Positions 12,471 to 26,546 of a stretch of DNA of 64,000 bases are shown here, one piece after another. Location of the stretch: positions 57,052,464-57,116,463 of the forward strand of contig NC_043011.1 of NCBI RefSeq assembly GCF_006345805.1, in the 5' to 3' direction. The stretch is from Octopus sinensis (taxonomy: Eukaryota). The first letter of the stretch is position 1. Every line of letters starts with the position of its first letter. Both the position numbers and the translations under genes were made by a program. The notes under the pieces are model-generated. The model was not told the DNA's origin. It was given only the letters and a program-made list of their open reading frames with translations, and did no database searches.

Positions 12471-13022
12471 AAAAAAGGATATTTCAAAAGAAGCACAGTG
12501 ACAGAATGCTTAATCCGTTCGTATAAGAACTCACTGATACGGATAATAATGTAACACTTGCTGCTGCTGCTCTAGTTTCTACATTTCAAAGTGTCCTCTG
12601 CGGCAGCCAGCATTTTTGGCATTTCCAAGTGAGCAGTTGGATGGTATGCAATCCTAATTATATTTCTCTGGATAGGTAATTCCTTAGAGAAGGTTTCGAA
12701 TGAGTGAGTTTATATTTATTGCATATTTAATCACTTTGGTGACATGCTCTCTGGAATAGGTGGCAGTGTCGGTGGGGGTCGGGGGAATGTTTTGAAGTAT
12801 GTCATTTTAAAGATGCCAATTACTCTGTTTTTTCCGTTTTTCTTTTCGGTTGTATTCCTCCAGGATATCCTCAGTAGCCATATTGTTGGAGTATTTCTAT
12901 AAAACTTTTTTAACTCTTTTCGTTCTTGGTAAAAGGAAAAAAAAACCCCCAGAAAAACTGTTCATTTCAGAGTGTTGCTACTTCATTTTAAACCTGGTAT
13001 CATTATCATAACTGTATGTGTA

Positions 13023-13250
13023 GGAAGCTGGCAGAATCGTTAGCACGCTGGGTGAAATGCTTAGCGGTATTTCGTCTGCTGTTACGTTCTGGGTTCAAAT
13101 TCCGCCGAGGTCGACTTTGCCTTTCATCCTTTCGGGGTCGATAAATTAAGTACCAGTTACGCACTGGGGTTGATGTAATCGACTTAATCCGTTTGTCTGT
13201 CTTTGTTTGTCCTCTCTGTGTTTAGCCCCTTGTGGGTAGTAAAGAAATAG
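13023..13250 (+). mobile_element. Young tRNA-derived SINE with Meta-domain-like core
   Basis: CpGs retained; gttcaaattcc B-box; gcctttcatcctttcggggtcgataaa..aagtacc core resembles the MetaSINE/Sauria central domain (recalled, not searched). Confidence 0.8.
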
Positions 13251-13599
13251 GAATATGTAGGAACCTTTTATTAAGGTTGTCTTCTAAACATAGACAGAAT
13301 GGAGAGTTATTTTATCAAATTCCTGCAGCATGTTGGGCTGTGGAGTTAAGAAGTTTGTTTCCCAATCAGGTGGTTCTGGGTTCAGTTCCACTATGGCACT
13401 TGTTGGGCAAGTGTCTTCTACTATAACTCTGGGCTAACAGAAGTCTTGTGAGTGGATATGCTAGATGGAAACTGAGAGAAGCCCATTGTGTGTATGCATA
13501 TATATATATGATATTTGTGTGTGAGACTGTCTCTCTACTTTGTCATTGTTTGATATTTATAAGTGATGTCCTTTATTTCCAATCTTCTGAGTCATATCT

Positions 13600-13990
13600 T
13601 CATCGTCATTGTTCAACGTCCGTTTTCCATGCTAGCATGGGTTGGATGATTTTGACTGAGGGCTGGTGAACCAGATGGCTGCACTAGACTCCAATCTTGA
13701 TCTGGCAGAGTTTCTACAGCTGGTTGTCCTTCCTAACGCCAACCACTCCGAGAATGTAATGGGTGCTTTTTACATGCCAGTCAGGCAGTACTAGCAATGA
13801 CCTTGCTTGAATCTTTTTACACATGCCATAGGCATAGGTGCCAGTAAGGTGATGTTGGTAATGATCACGCTCGAATGGTGCCCTTTTACATGCCACCGGC
13901 ATGGAAGCCAGTTGGCTGCTCTGGCAACGATCACGCTCAGATGGTGCTCTTGGCACCCTACTAGCATGGGCACAAGTGCCAGTATGGCGA
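13600..13990 (-). mobile_element. RTE LINE 3' UTR fragment with tandem subrepeats
   Basis: catcgtcattgttcaacgtccgttttccatgctagcatggg... plus repeated ggtgc(t)ttttacatgcca units; same subfamily as 62298. Confidence 0.8.
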
Positions 13991-15060
13991 TGCTGGTCTT
14001 GCCACGGGGGAAATATTACCTTGCTTGGAAACAGGTGAGGGTTGGTGACAGGAAAGGCTTCCAATTGTAGAAAATCTACCTCTTATGCCAGTGAATATAG
14101 TAACTATTGCTGGTGCTATTTGAAAAGTATCTGGTACTCTAAGTGTTTGGTGTTAGGAAGGGCATCCAGGAGTAGAAGAAACCATGCCAGGGTGGGCATG
14201 GAATCTGGCAGAACCCTCTAGCTTATCTGTTCTTGTCAAACTGTCTGAAGTATGCCAGCATGGAAAAAAAGAGATGTTAGATAATGATGACGATGGTTGC
14301 TAGGCCATCAAATAGTAGTTGTCTACAGAAAGCGAATTTTGTTTTGGGATGTTTACAGCATCTAAGGCATTATAAACAAACACATCCAAATTAGGTTGGA
14401 TGTACTAATTAACACTTGTTACAAAAGCTACTTCTGTTGCTAATATATACACAGCCCACCAGCTTTCTGCAAAACCTCTCTCTCTCTATATCAGCTCGAC
14501 TGATTTCCTGTCCGGCATCCAGCTTGTGATATGGTGAAATCATGTGACATGCTGGTGCTGTGATGATGATGATGTTCTGACGGAATTTTGTCAACTGATA
14601 ACAAATTTCTGATACTTTTTAGCATCCATCATCCACACAAAATGACTTTACTGCAGTCATGTTAATTAATATTCGTTAATGATTCTTGTTGTCTTTTCCT
14701 CACCACATAATAATTTTGTTATTAGCTTTTTAATGCTCCCTTCAGTATTTATCTCTTATTTGTTACTTGTTTCAGCCATTAGACTGTGGCACCACCTTGA
14801 AGAATCTCTGTCAAACAATTGACTCCAGCACTTTTTTTAAAGCCTGCTATTCTATCGATCTCTTTTGCTGAACTGTTACGTTACATATACATATGACAGG
14901 CTTCTTTCAGTTTCCATCTACCAAATTCACTCACCAAGCTTTGGTCAACCATAAGCTAGGTGCCACACAATGGGACTGAACCTAAATCTCTGGTTGAGAA
15001 GTAAACTTCTTACTACGCAGCCATGCCTGTGCTTATTCCGTTAATATTAGCTTAAATGTT

Positions 15061-15267
15061 CTTTTCTACTCTAGGCACAAGGCCCGACATTTTGGGGGAG
15101 GGGGCCAGTTGATTAGATCGACCCCAGTACACAACTGGTACATAATTTATCAACCCTGAAAGGATGAAAGGCAAAGTTGACCTCGGTGGAATTTGAACTG
15201 AGAACGATGAAATAGCGCTAAGCATTTCGCCCGGCATGCTAACGTTTCTGCCAGTTCACTGCCTTTT
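15061..15267 (-). mobile_element. Meta-like tRNA SINE with 17-bp TSD
   Basis: TSD atattagcYtaaatgtt at 15044-15060 and 15268-15284. Confidence 0.88.
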
Positions 15268-18200
15268 ATATTAGCCTAAATGTTGCCCCTGGATTCATTT
15301 AGTTGGCATTGAAATTCTTCAGTGAGTTCTGTGGAGAAAGAAATCTCTTTTCTGAGACTTTTAAGATGAAAATAATATTTTGAGACCCGGAGAGAAATGT
15401 CTAGAATGCATTTTAATACAGTTAAGGAAACAAAAAAAAAAAAAAGACCCCAAAAGTATGATAAAAGTCAAACTTTATTTTATCATTGCTTCCTTTTTTT
15501 TTTCTTCCTTTTTTTTTTGTTCAAAACAACATATAATTACAGGAAAAAAAGACATCCCCCCCCCCAAATCCCATTCCAAGCAACATAAGGATAGAAAAAA
15601 AAAACCAAAAAGAAAAAAAATCTAAGACTTGAGAAAACAGTTCGTACTGGAACGATATGAAGAACTGTATCAAGTGATTATAATTATTATTATTTATATT
15701 ATTACAAGAACATATAGGAGGGGGTGGGGAAGAAATACTTTTGCTGGTGCTTTCTACAATTGTGATGCCCCAACCTAAAGTACTTCTGCATTTTGAAGAC
15801 TGTTGCCATTTTACAGTTTTTGATAGATGTTTTATTTTTTTATTGTATTTTTTTTCTTCATTTATTGAAATTGAGTACATTATAGATATTATACATAGGT
15901 ATACACACAAAATATATATACACGGGTATATTTATTTATGTATGTATATACACTCACACATACATATATACACACACATATACATATATAAGCACATACA
16001 CACATTAGAGGGCAGAGGAACATACTATATTCACACCATATATATATATATATATATAATGTATATATATATATAAAGCACACAAATGCACATTATTACA
16101 ATCACAAAGAGTAGAGGAACATACAGACATGTAGAATGGAAAGATTTGGTTTAACTGTTCCCTGACAATTTAAGCCTCCTGCCTCTCTCTCTCTCTCTCT
16201 CCTCCTGCAAAATGTTTCAAAAATGTCATCAGTGAGCTAAAACATTGTAGTCCTGTGTACTGAAATACATAACTGTCTCGACTAAAACCTGCTGGTTGCA
16301 GCAGAAGCTGCGCATAACACGTGAAATACACTGCAAGAGGTCTGTCGCTGAATAGTGACTTTGTTTGCGTGTAAGCATTCTCTTTCTTTTGTACATAGAT
16401 TTTGGATAAGGAAACCAAATGCAACTTCACAGTTGTTTGCGTGCACACATTATACATTACATTGTATTATTAGTTAAGAATGTGTCTGTGAGAAAAAGAA
16501 GAAATGAAAAGACTTATGCTGTAACATTAGTTTTGCTTGCATGACAAAGGGGCAAGAGTTATATAATCACATTCATTGGCTTACAGTTGTTTCCACTATA
16601 TGGAAGCTATAAGATGTCATGCTGTCACTCACACAAAGCTATTACATGTCACTCACCTCTGGGTGCAGAGTTTCTTAAAGCGGAAACATCTGTAAGCCAA
16701 TGAATGTGACTATGTAACTTCTAATTCTTTTGTTATTTATTAATATTACACTGTGTTTATCTTCTGGTTTACTTCCTTGTCTTTGGAGTTGAGGAATATG
16801 TTTTATATGTGTATAGAGATACAACTGGTTATTGAGGCTGCTGCGGCTCAGTAGAACACACACACATATCTGTATATACAACATTTTTCTGGGTTCAGTT
16901 AACAGATTAGCCATGTTGGTGCACTAAAAGCTGGAGTATAACAAAGTGCAGTTATTCCAATACTTATTCCCATCAACGGGTGAGAGGTAAAGTGGATTTG
17001 GGTGGGATGTGAGCTCAGCAGGTAACCAAATATCACAAGGCATTATCGTGCTATTTGCTCCACAGGTGCTCCCACTCACCAGCCAATGTCGGTGCATGCA
17101 CGGCTGTGTGCTTAAGAGTTCATTTTGCAATGACATGTTTTTATGTTGTGCAGCACATGGTGCAAGCGATGTTCTGTTATAAACTGTGGCTCAACCCAGG
17201 CCTTCGCAGTCAGTTTAATAAATAGAAATTGTGTGGAAGACCACTGTATGGTGTTTGTCTTCAAACTGTTGGGCTGTTTACATCTCTAACATCTTCAAGA
17301 CAGTAATGCTAGCAAAGCTGTGTATATGCAATCATGCATGCATATATACATATATATATTACCAGCGTCGCATTACTGGCACTCGAGCCCCGTGCTAGTA
17401 GGGTATTAAGAGCACCATCCGAGCGTGATTGGTAGGTAGATATTTCTCATTGGAAACTGATGACTTTGAAATGGCTGCGAATGAGTGCAGTGTGTCAGAA
17501 GTTTCTCTCTCATTTTTTTCCTGTTGGTAACTTAGATGAAATGAGAATATTAGCCACTCCTTCACTTAATTAATTAAGAGTTAATCATGAATTATTTAAT
17601 TTGCCTATCTCTAGAGCTGCTCTTAAATATGATAGAAAAGAGAAATTTGTTTCAACTTAGGTTTCGTTTTACTTCAACCAAATAAAGAACTTGGTGAATT
17701 TTTAAATTAAAAAAAAAACTAATCTTGCTGCAACTTTTTATTAAAACAATGTGAAACAGATCAGTGTTAAATTCAATGGCTCCAGCATGGCAGCAGCAGC
17801 AGAGAGTAGACTCTCCAGGTAATTGGATTCTTTTCTTTCTCTCATTCCTTCTCCCCCTTCGATAGTTTGGCATTTGCTTTTTTATCAATAATAATTGCAA
17901 GGATTAAGGTTTTTCTATATAAAATTAAAAGGGGCTTATGAAGGATTATCATAATTACTCTTGAGGTATTTTCACATAAATCCTTTGAGTAAAGGTTCAT
18001 TTAGCCAACCAGGTGTGATTGGAGGTGTTTAAAAGATTTGGATAAAAGGAAAGGGAAATAATAAATTTGGCCTGCTTTAAGGGAATCCTAAACCTTTTTC
18101 TATTTCATAAAATGCATTCTGAATACATAATTATATATTGACCTACCTTTGTATATTTACTGTAGTTACATTATAAATGATGCATTGTTACATTGTCTAC

Positions 18201-21200
18201 AAATATATCTTTCTATTATTTCATCTGTTTGTTTAAGAGAATTCTCATTGTTTTCACTATTCAGGATAAAACCCCAAGAAATTCTTAACTGCTGCCCCCC
18301 CCCCCATTTCTTTTAACATTCTTTCAGTTTTTTTAAAACAATTTAAACCTCCCCATTAGTTTCTTAAACCAGCCTGCTTTACAAGAAAATTCTCTTCTGG
18401 TGCTAGTTATCTGTTGAACCACCCTTCAAATTACTCGGCTCTTTTTGATAAACCCCCCCCCCCATCAGTTCTTTGATACAAAATTTAAAAAAAGTACCTT
18501 TCTGAAAGTGGTTACATCTAAAAGCTTTCCATCAATATTTTTCACTAGAACCTTTCAAGTGATTTTCTAAAAACCAATTTAACATATAAGACAGTAATTT
18601 GTGCTGTAATATCTCTGTGAATTCTTGTGTTCTTTATGATAATATCAGCTGAGGAACACTAGATTTTATTTAACCATACTGGAGCAATTTTTGTTCAAAC
18701 ATCCATTTTTCTAAACTTGTATGGGGGTGGAAGGATTTCATGGAGACATTTTCTATGGCTAGATGCCCTTCTTGTCATCAACTCTCACTGGTTTCCGGGT
18801 TTACGTATAGTTTCATCTTTGAATAAGTTAAAAGAATTTATCATTAACACACATATATATGTGTGTGTGTGTGTGCATTTGGAGCAAGTAAAATTGATGT
18901 AACTTAGCTTTTGCTTTCACTTTTGATATGCTTTGCAGTTCATAAACCTCCAAGCCTTATCTTGAGAAACGTTAGAATAGGTATATGCATGCATCCGAAC
19001 ACAAACAAGCATTCATTTATTTCACCGAGATCAATAACGAGAATTATAATTGATACTAATAAATAATGTGCATACATTTCTGGATTTAATTAGGAAGAGG
19101 TGGTGATATGACACCCTTATAGTTTAGCAGTAACTGACTGAACAGTATTGAAACAAATGAAAAGAACTAAGGTGAGCCTGCAATGATGTGGCATCTTGAT
19201 TCAGCCTGTTGGGTCAAGGAAGCCCCCCCCCCACTCCCAGGGGAAACATCCTCCCATCTTGGCAAGATACACACCTGCTTGGAGCTATTACCAAGAAAAT
19301 ACTGTGACAGTTAGCACACCATCCTCTCTTTGGAAACTTCTCAGATACCAGAATTATCTTCCATGCACTTGTATGACTAATTCTAGAATAACATTCGGCA
19401 AATGTTTCTCCTTCTTTGGAGTAATCAGCCATTATTAATATATAATTGATGCTAGAACTGATATCTCAGAAAACGGTCACTATTAATATTAGATTTAAAT
19501 TCTGGCACAAGGCCAGCAATTCTGGGGAAGGGGCTAAGTCGATCCCAGCGGAATTTGAACTCAGAACGTAACTGATAGGTGAAATGCCACAGAGCATTTT
19601 GTCCAGCTAGCTAATGATTCTGCCAGCCTCGTTGGCTTAGAGTTATAATTAATATTTAATAGTATTTAGACTATTAATAAACATTTGAGTCCTTCACTCA
19701 TACAAACGAGGGGAGAAATTCGTTAAGAAATATTATCATCATGACCACCAGTGGGGAAATGGTTGAGACAAAAGAATCAATGAAACAATAATACACAAGA
19801 CCAAGTTCTGGAGAGACGGGATATAAATAGACATGTTTTATATACATTCAGGTGTAAAATACAACAATACCTTTCAGAATGGATTCTGTCGTTCATAGAA
19901 AGCATGTTTAGCACAAACTAAGGAAATAAAGTAAGTTTTGTAGTCGGGGAGATTAGCTTGGAAATGATATGTATATTATTATTATTATTATTATTAACAC
20001 AATAATGACAAACATAGAGAGACTGCTTAAGGAAATTTCAAGAGAAGAAAATACAAAAGGGAGAAAAGGATGAAAAGAAAAAAACAAGAAGGGATGGGTG
20101 GATTGGGGGTACAGATTGTGTAAACATCAATTTGAGAGAGAAAAATAGCAAGTGCCCTATTAATAGGATCTGGGTGTCATGGCTGTTTGGTTAAGAAGCT
20201 TGCTTACCAACCATGTGGTTTTGGGTTCAGTCCCATTGTGCGGCACCTTGGGCAAGTGTCTGCCATCACTCTAGACAGAAACTATGAACACGTATTTATA
20301 GGATATATTATTTACATGCGTATGTGTGTGTGTGTAGATGTATTAGTGTGTATGTTGAGATTTCACTTGTCACTGTGTAAAGCAAAGAAGTTCTAATGTT
20401 GACATTCCTTTCAAAGACATGTAATATGTATGTATGTATGTGTGTATATATATCTTTAGTTTCAGTCTTTGGGTGCCTTGGAAAAAAGAGAATGTATACT
20501 CACAGAGGGACTTGAACCCATGAACCCCAAATCACTTTAAAAGCAGATGTTTTATCTGAGAAACAGGTAAGAGTTGGCATTTGACTCTACAATCCTACCA
20601 CAGAATAATAGCTTCTCTTGTCCAACTCATGCTAGCATGGAGAAAACAACCATTAAACCAGTCAACTGAGATATATAAGATATATATATATTTATATACA
20701 ATCATTTGCTGGAGTAACCTTGTTATTGATGAAGCTGCTCTTAGCTTATCGTGGCTTTTGACTTTCAAATTAGGATGTTTATAAAGATTAATATTGTTTA
20801 CATTGAAATAATCTCATCAGTTATTCATGAAATAAGAGTTTACTATCTCAAAGACACTTACCCACTTCCCTTCCGTTTCACCACAACTTGTAAAAATAAA
20901 TATCACTGTTTTACTATTCGAAAAATGTACATTTAAAAATATATTTTATCTTAACACAAATAACTTAAACCTGATGATAAAAATAACATTTTATATTCTA
21001 GTTTTTTTGGGGAGGGGATGGAAGGGGGGGGGGCTTGGATTGAGAAAATTAAATGAACAAACAACTTGATGCAACAACTTTGGCTAATAAAAAAAAGATA
21101 TACACACATGTATACAGATATATCAAAATTAATAGAATAACAGATAAATAATAACATAAAATAAGGTTTATGGAATTTGGATCCATAGAAATGTTTTCAG

Positions 21201-22309
21201 CTGTAAATAAATGGGGAACAATTGTTGTGTCAGGGTGGGGGGCAGGAATTTTCAAAGAATTGTTAAAAGCATTAAATAATGGTTTTTCTTTTCAGTTAAA
21301 AGTTTTCTAGAAGGATGAACAAATGATAAACTGTATTAAATGAGATACAGTCGTATCATTCACTAACATACACACAGCTAACTTTATTGTATTATATATA
21401 TGTATATATTGGAAGAACCAAACTATTTGTGTTACCAAGTAAATGAATATTTAGGTGGAAATTTTATTTATAATATATATATATATATATATATATAGGG
21501 AGAGAGAGAGAGAGATAAAGAGCTCTTGTAAATGTGACTGCCTCCACACCCAAAGATACATGACAGAAGCTGTGGATGAAGAAACCAGAAATTGAGACAC
21601 AAAAATCTCAATTTAACAGAAAGAAGGTTATGCTAATAAGTTTAGTGGTCATAAAGGAGATTTTGGAATCTTCTAACAGCAAAGAAGACAAGGTGGGACG
21701 TTTATAAAGAGAGAAGAAAAGAAGAGAAAAATACAATATCAAAATAGAAATACAAACTAACGAATGTGAATTCAATGAATTTTAAACAATTTTATAAAAG
21801 AAAAACCAAATGAACTAGACTGGTGGGTTATTATTATGATAAATAAAATAGATTTGTCAATCAGGAAAGTTGTATATAAGAAGAATTGTTCGAATGAAAA
21901 CAAGGCACAGTAAAACAGTTTCACAAACAACCACAAGAAGAAACAAACAAAAATTAAGAAACACAGCTATTATTATACATTCAGTGGAGGGTGTCTTAAC
22001 ACATGGTTGCTCAAATATCTAGAAACAGCAGCCAAATCTCCCTCAAATCACACTCTACATACATTTCCCCCCCTCTCCCTACACAAATGATGTATTTAAT
22101 AATGGAAGGAAGTGAGTTTAGAAAAAAGAAAATGAGGATGGTCATGGCTGGAATGCCCTTTGCTCATAGGTCTTGCTGGATCAAAGCTGACCTGGAACTA
22201 AACAATGACAACATATTTAGTGTTGAAGGAAGGCTGAGGATAAGAAAATGACTGGATGATAATATGAAAAGAAATTAAATATTTATAAAAAAATAAAATA
22301 AATAACAGT

Positions 22310-22945
22310 TTCTTGTATAGGTAGAAGGCCAGAGATTTTGAGGGGATGGTGACGGTGGGGGTTGATTAAATTGACACCAGTATGCAACTGGTACTTTATT
22401 ACTTTAACAACCCCCGGAGGGATAAAAGGCAAAATTGCTCTTGATGGAGTCTGAACCCAGAACGTCAAGAGGCACAGCTAAATACCACCAGATGTTTTGT
22501 TGCAAGGGTTCTACAAATTGTCTGCCTTCAAATGATTTAAAGAAATAATATTTTGCAAGAGGCACACGGCCCAGAATTTTGCATGAAGGGCTACAGTCAG
22601 TCGTACTGATTCCAGAACCCAATTGGTTCTTCATCCTTGGAAGGATGGAAACGGCAAAGTTGATTTTGGCAGGATTCAAATTCAGAATGTAAAGGGCCAA
22701 AACTGAATACCCCACAAGGCGTTTTGTCTGTCGCTCTACCAATTCAATAATAATTGCTGCAGATTTTGATGGGAGGTGGAAGGGGGTCAGTCGATTACGC
22801 TGACCCCTAGGGCTCAACTTGCGCTCATTTTACTGACACTGAAAGGATGAAAGGCTCAGCGGAATTTGAACTCAGAACAAAAGAGCAGGAAGAAATGCCA
22901 CTAAGCAGTTTTGCCTGACGTGCTAACCGTTCTATCACCTCACCA
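22310..22945 (-). mobile_element. Cluster of three tandem decayed Meta-like SINE copies
   Basis: Three same-orientation occurrences of ggat.aaaggc and gaactcagaa/aattcagaa/gaacccagaa blocks near 22420, 22640 and 22845. Confidence 0.65.
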
Positions 22946-23687
22946 CCAATAATGATAATAATAATAATAAAATGTCCTTACGGAGAAAGGAAAATGATAA
23001 TTACAATTAACTGTAAAACCTTTTTGTTTCCTCAATATCCTTATCCATTTCAGTCTATTAAAGAAAGAAAAATGAGATTCCTATGGGGGGGTTAACAGCA
23101 ACACTAAAAAACAAACAAAACTGTTAAATTCCAATACAGGTAAAAATTAGGGTCAAGAGGTGGTGGTGATGAAAATGTTTTTTGTTTTTCTTTTTTTTTT
23201 TTTCCTTTTGAGAGAGAGACCTAAACAACATTGTTTAAAAATACGACAGGGAAAAAAAAAAAACATAAAACACAGATTTAAAATCTCTTGTCATAAAAAT
23301 TTCTGATCAGGGGGGCAACGAGGATGAGATTTTGCTTTTAAAAATCAAGGAGAAACTCAAATTAAAAACATATAAACAGAAAAAAAAGGGAAATTTCAAT
23401 AAAACAAATAACAAAAAAAACAAAAAACAAAACAGTCCCCAAAGAACAGAGATGAAAATAAAAATTCCACTACAGAGCAAGGATATATATATATACACAT
23501 ATATATTCATATATTTTCCAGCTGCTTATATATATGTGTATATATATATATACACACATATATATAATGTAACTATATATATATATAGTTACATTTTGTC
23601 ACAATGAACTTCACATTCTTCCATAGAGATTCTAATATTCCATTAGATTCTTTTTTGAACTGTCCTCATAATTTTCCTGATACAACT

Positions 23688-23689
<2 letters not shown>

Positions 23690-23718
<29 letters not shown>

Positions 23719-24045
23719 GATAGATAATAAACATATAATATACAAATAATAAACATATAGAATACACACACACATATATTATGTAGATTATACATATATA
23801 TATATATGTGGATATATATGAATATATATATATCTAAATATGTGTATGTATATATATATATATATGTATATATATGTATGTATATGTATATATATATTAT
23901 ATATATATATATGTATGTATATATATATTATGTATGTATATATGTATATATATATATATATGTATGTATATATATATTATGTATATATATATATGTATAT
24001 ATATATATACATATGTATATATATACATATACACACACACACATG
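23690..24045. repeat. Compound (TA)n/(TATG)n/(CA)n microsatellite in the UBTD 3' region
   Basis: Visible directly; accounts for spurious Y/I/M-rich ORFs. Confidence 0.95.
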
Positions 24046-24452
24046 TATAGTTATAAAATGCTTTCCTTTACAAGTATACCTTTATTCTTATCTGTACAGC
24101 ATTCCATTATAGAAATGGAATGTATAGACATGAAGTTTTCTTTAGTTTAAATAGGTTTCAAAACAATATTTTTTTTTTCTCTCTTCCATTCTCGCTTTGT
24201 CAGTTAACATTCTGAATCTCACACACACACACACAGCCACAGCCACGCATACATTCATACATGCATGCACATAAGCAAACATTCACACATACATGCACAG
24301 GCAGGCAGGCAACCATTCATTCACTCATTCATGTTCTTTTGTTTTTTGTTTTTTTTTTCCTCTTTTTTTTCTTCCTTTCTTCCCATGGCGGTATTTCATC
24401 TGTCGTATATCCATAAAAGCAATAATTTCCCATTTTACTAATGATACTCCTG

Positions 24453-24850
24453 TTAAGCATGGTCACCAGCTGGATTACACGGAGATGGCGATACAATGAC
24501 TTGTACTACAAATCCTTTGGAAATTTTTGTGTCTTCAATTTTCATTTTATCACTAAGGAGTCGACCAGAGAAAAACCATCGCTGACGAGAAGGATCTATG
24601 CCTTCTTCTTCGAATATTCTTTTCTTAACTTTCCATACAGTGTCCGTTGTTCGAACGTACAACTTTAAGTCTTTATTAGTGTGTGAAAGACGGAATTTGA
24701 TTGGTAGTTCCAGACCAGGGGACGCCGAGTCTGCATCTTGTATTGTATCACTGTCACTGACTTCCTCAATTAAATTGGTCGGGGCACTTAACACATACAC
24801 AGGAAGTTGATATCGATTGCCGAGTTCATCGTAGCAGTCCATTAAAGTAC
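24453..24850 (-). CDS. UBTD2: Ubiquitin domain-containing protein (UBTD1/UBTD2 family), last coding exon with ubiquitin-like domain
   Basis: [24 protein letters not shown]...[32 protein letters not shown]...*; minus-strand acceptor tttcag adjacent to 24850; TAA at 24455-24453. Paralog assignment (UBTD1 or UBTD2) cannot be resolved. Confidence 0.94.
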
Positions 24851-25282
24851 CTGAAATAGAGCAAACACATTCAGATTAGCAATTGTAAACCAAGGGTATT
24901 GATTAGTTATTAGTTGATGATAATAGATTTGTATTGAGGTTACACAGCAGCAGTTATTTCTGGTCCACAACACTACCTGTTGTTGTTGTTGCTGGTCCTG
25001 AATGGATGTGGTCAGCTTGGACTGAGAAGGCCTATTAAATGAAGTAGATGGTCTGTTAATTCTTAAGACATGTCCATGTGATTTTAAGTAGGTTCAGTCA
25101 CAATCTAGATTTCTTGGTGAGACTAGTAAAAGCAACAACAAAAACAAAGTTGAGTTTTTTGATGAAATGATTAAACAACTAAAAACTGTCACACTCCACT
25201 TGCTAGAAATAGCAATCAAATCCCACTCAAATGACACCCTACTCTCTTAAACCCCTTCACCTCCAAAAGGATAATGTTTTAC

Positions 25283-25622
25283 TTGTTTCAGTCTTTGGAG
25301 TGTGGCCATGCTGGTGCACCACCTCAAAGAGTTTGGCTGAATAAACTGACCCTAGGACTTACTATATTCGTCTCTTAGGGAACTGCTAAGTTATGGGGGA
25401 TGTAAACAAACCCACACTGGTTGTCAAGTGGTAGGATGGGCAATCAAATACACACACACTTGATGGGTTTCCACACAATTTTTGTCAAGCAAATTAACTC
25501 ATAAGGCACTGGTTGGTTCTGGGCTTTAGTAGAAGTCACTTACCCAACGTGCTACACAGTAGGACTGAACCTGAAACCACACAGTTGCCAAGCAAGCTTC
25601 TTAACCACACAGCCATGCCATG
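25283..25622 (-). mobile_element. CORE-like tRNA SINE
   Basis: Reverse complement of the family from tacttgtttcagtc..tggccatgctgg to cttaaccacacagccatgcc. Confidence 0.75.
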
Positions 25623-26302
25623 GAAAGAAAAACCTAAGCCAACAGTAGCAAGAGGGTGGCTTAAACCGATGTTAAATCATGATGACTTGAAATCAAATAT
25701 CCTGCTCTACCTTCAGTAAATAAGGTTGCTGAAATTCCAGTAAATGCAATTGTGAGAGAAATTCTTCTGTGTAACTTTTGTCAAAAGAATATTTAAGGCA
25801 AAGTTTTCCATGTACGACTACAAGTATCAAAGAAACAGACTCTCTCCTTCAAAAGTTTCCATTACATATTTATTAAGTCTCTACTCTGCTCATAAATATT
25901 TCTCTAAAATGCGTCATGCTTTTGCTAGTGTTTCTCCGTATTTCTTGAGCAATGCTGTGTTGATCAGCTCTGTTGGTTTTTGAGAGAATGCGTAGACATG
26001 CGTCTGCTTTCCATCAGCTTACAGACCTTCTTCCCTCATGAACAATATATGCACAATGAGAGTGACATTCAGGTAAGCATCTTCGTTTTGTGATTTAAAC
26101 AGGATATTCTCACTTAAAACCTTTCTGCGTTTTAGAATAATTTCAAAGGAACTAAGATCACACAGGTTTGAAGTATTACAGAGAAATATCTCCTGAGCTG
26201 CCATGGCAAGCAAGAAACCTCAGCTGCTCAAAGTGTAATAAAAAAACTAAACCAACTGTAAATATTCAGACAAACTTGCTTGAATATTTATTAAAGGGGC
26301 CA

Positions 26303-26525
26303 TTAACCCTTTTGTTACCAACCCGGCTGAAACTGGCTCTGTAGTACAAATGTCTTGTTTTCATAAGTTTTTAATTAAAATCTTCCACCAAACCTTAGTC
26401 ACAATTTATGTTCCTAACACTTGGTTAATGATAATTAAGTTATCTTACTAAATTCTTTGTTATATTTAAAATAATTGAAAGAAACACAGATCATCTCAAA
26501 ATAAATACAGTAACGAAAGGGTTAA
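26303..26525. mobile_element. MITE with TTAA target duplication (piggyBac-type ends)
   Basis: TTAA-ccctttTgttac ... gtaacGaaaggg-TTAA inverted termini; related copies at 40096 and 51626. Confidence 0.88.
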
Positions 26526-26546
26526 CTCTATTGAAATCTACAACTG

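Noticed and set aside
19868-19900. Minus-strand ctatga..cagaat/attctg-aaa hammerhead-like motif
   Set aside because: The core lacks CTGANGA and there is no stem I or III
20498-20562. Minus-strand tRNA-Lys-like sequence with gggttcaagtccc T-arm
   Set aside because: Acceptor, D and anticodon stems do not pair; at most a SINE head or tRNA relic
23806-24150. Y/I/M/V-rich ORFs (also 15741-16083 and 35429-35614)
   Set aside because: Translations of (TA)n/(TG)n microsatellites
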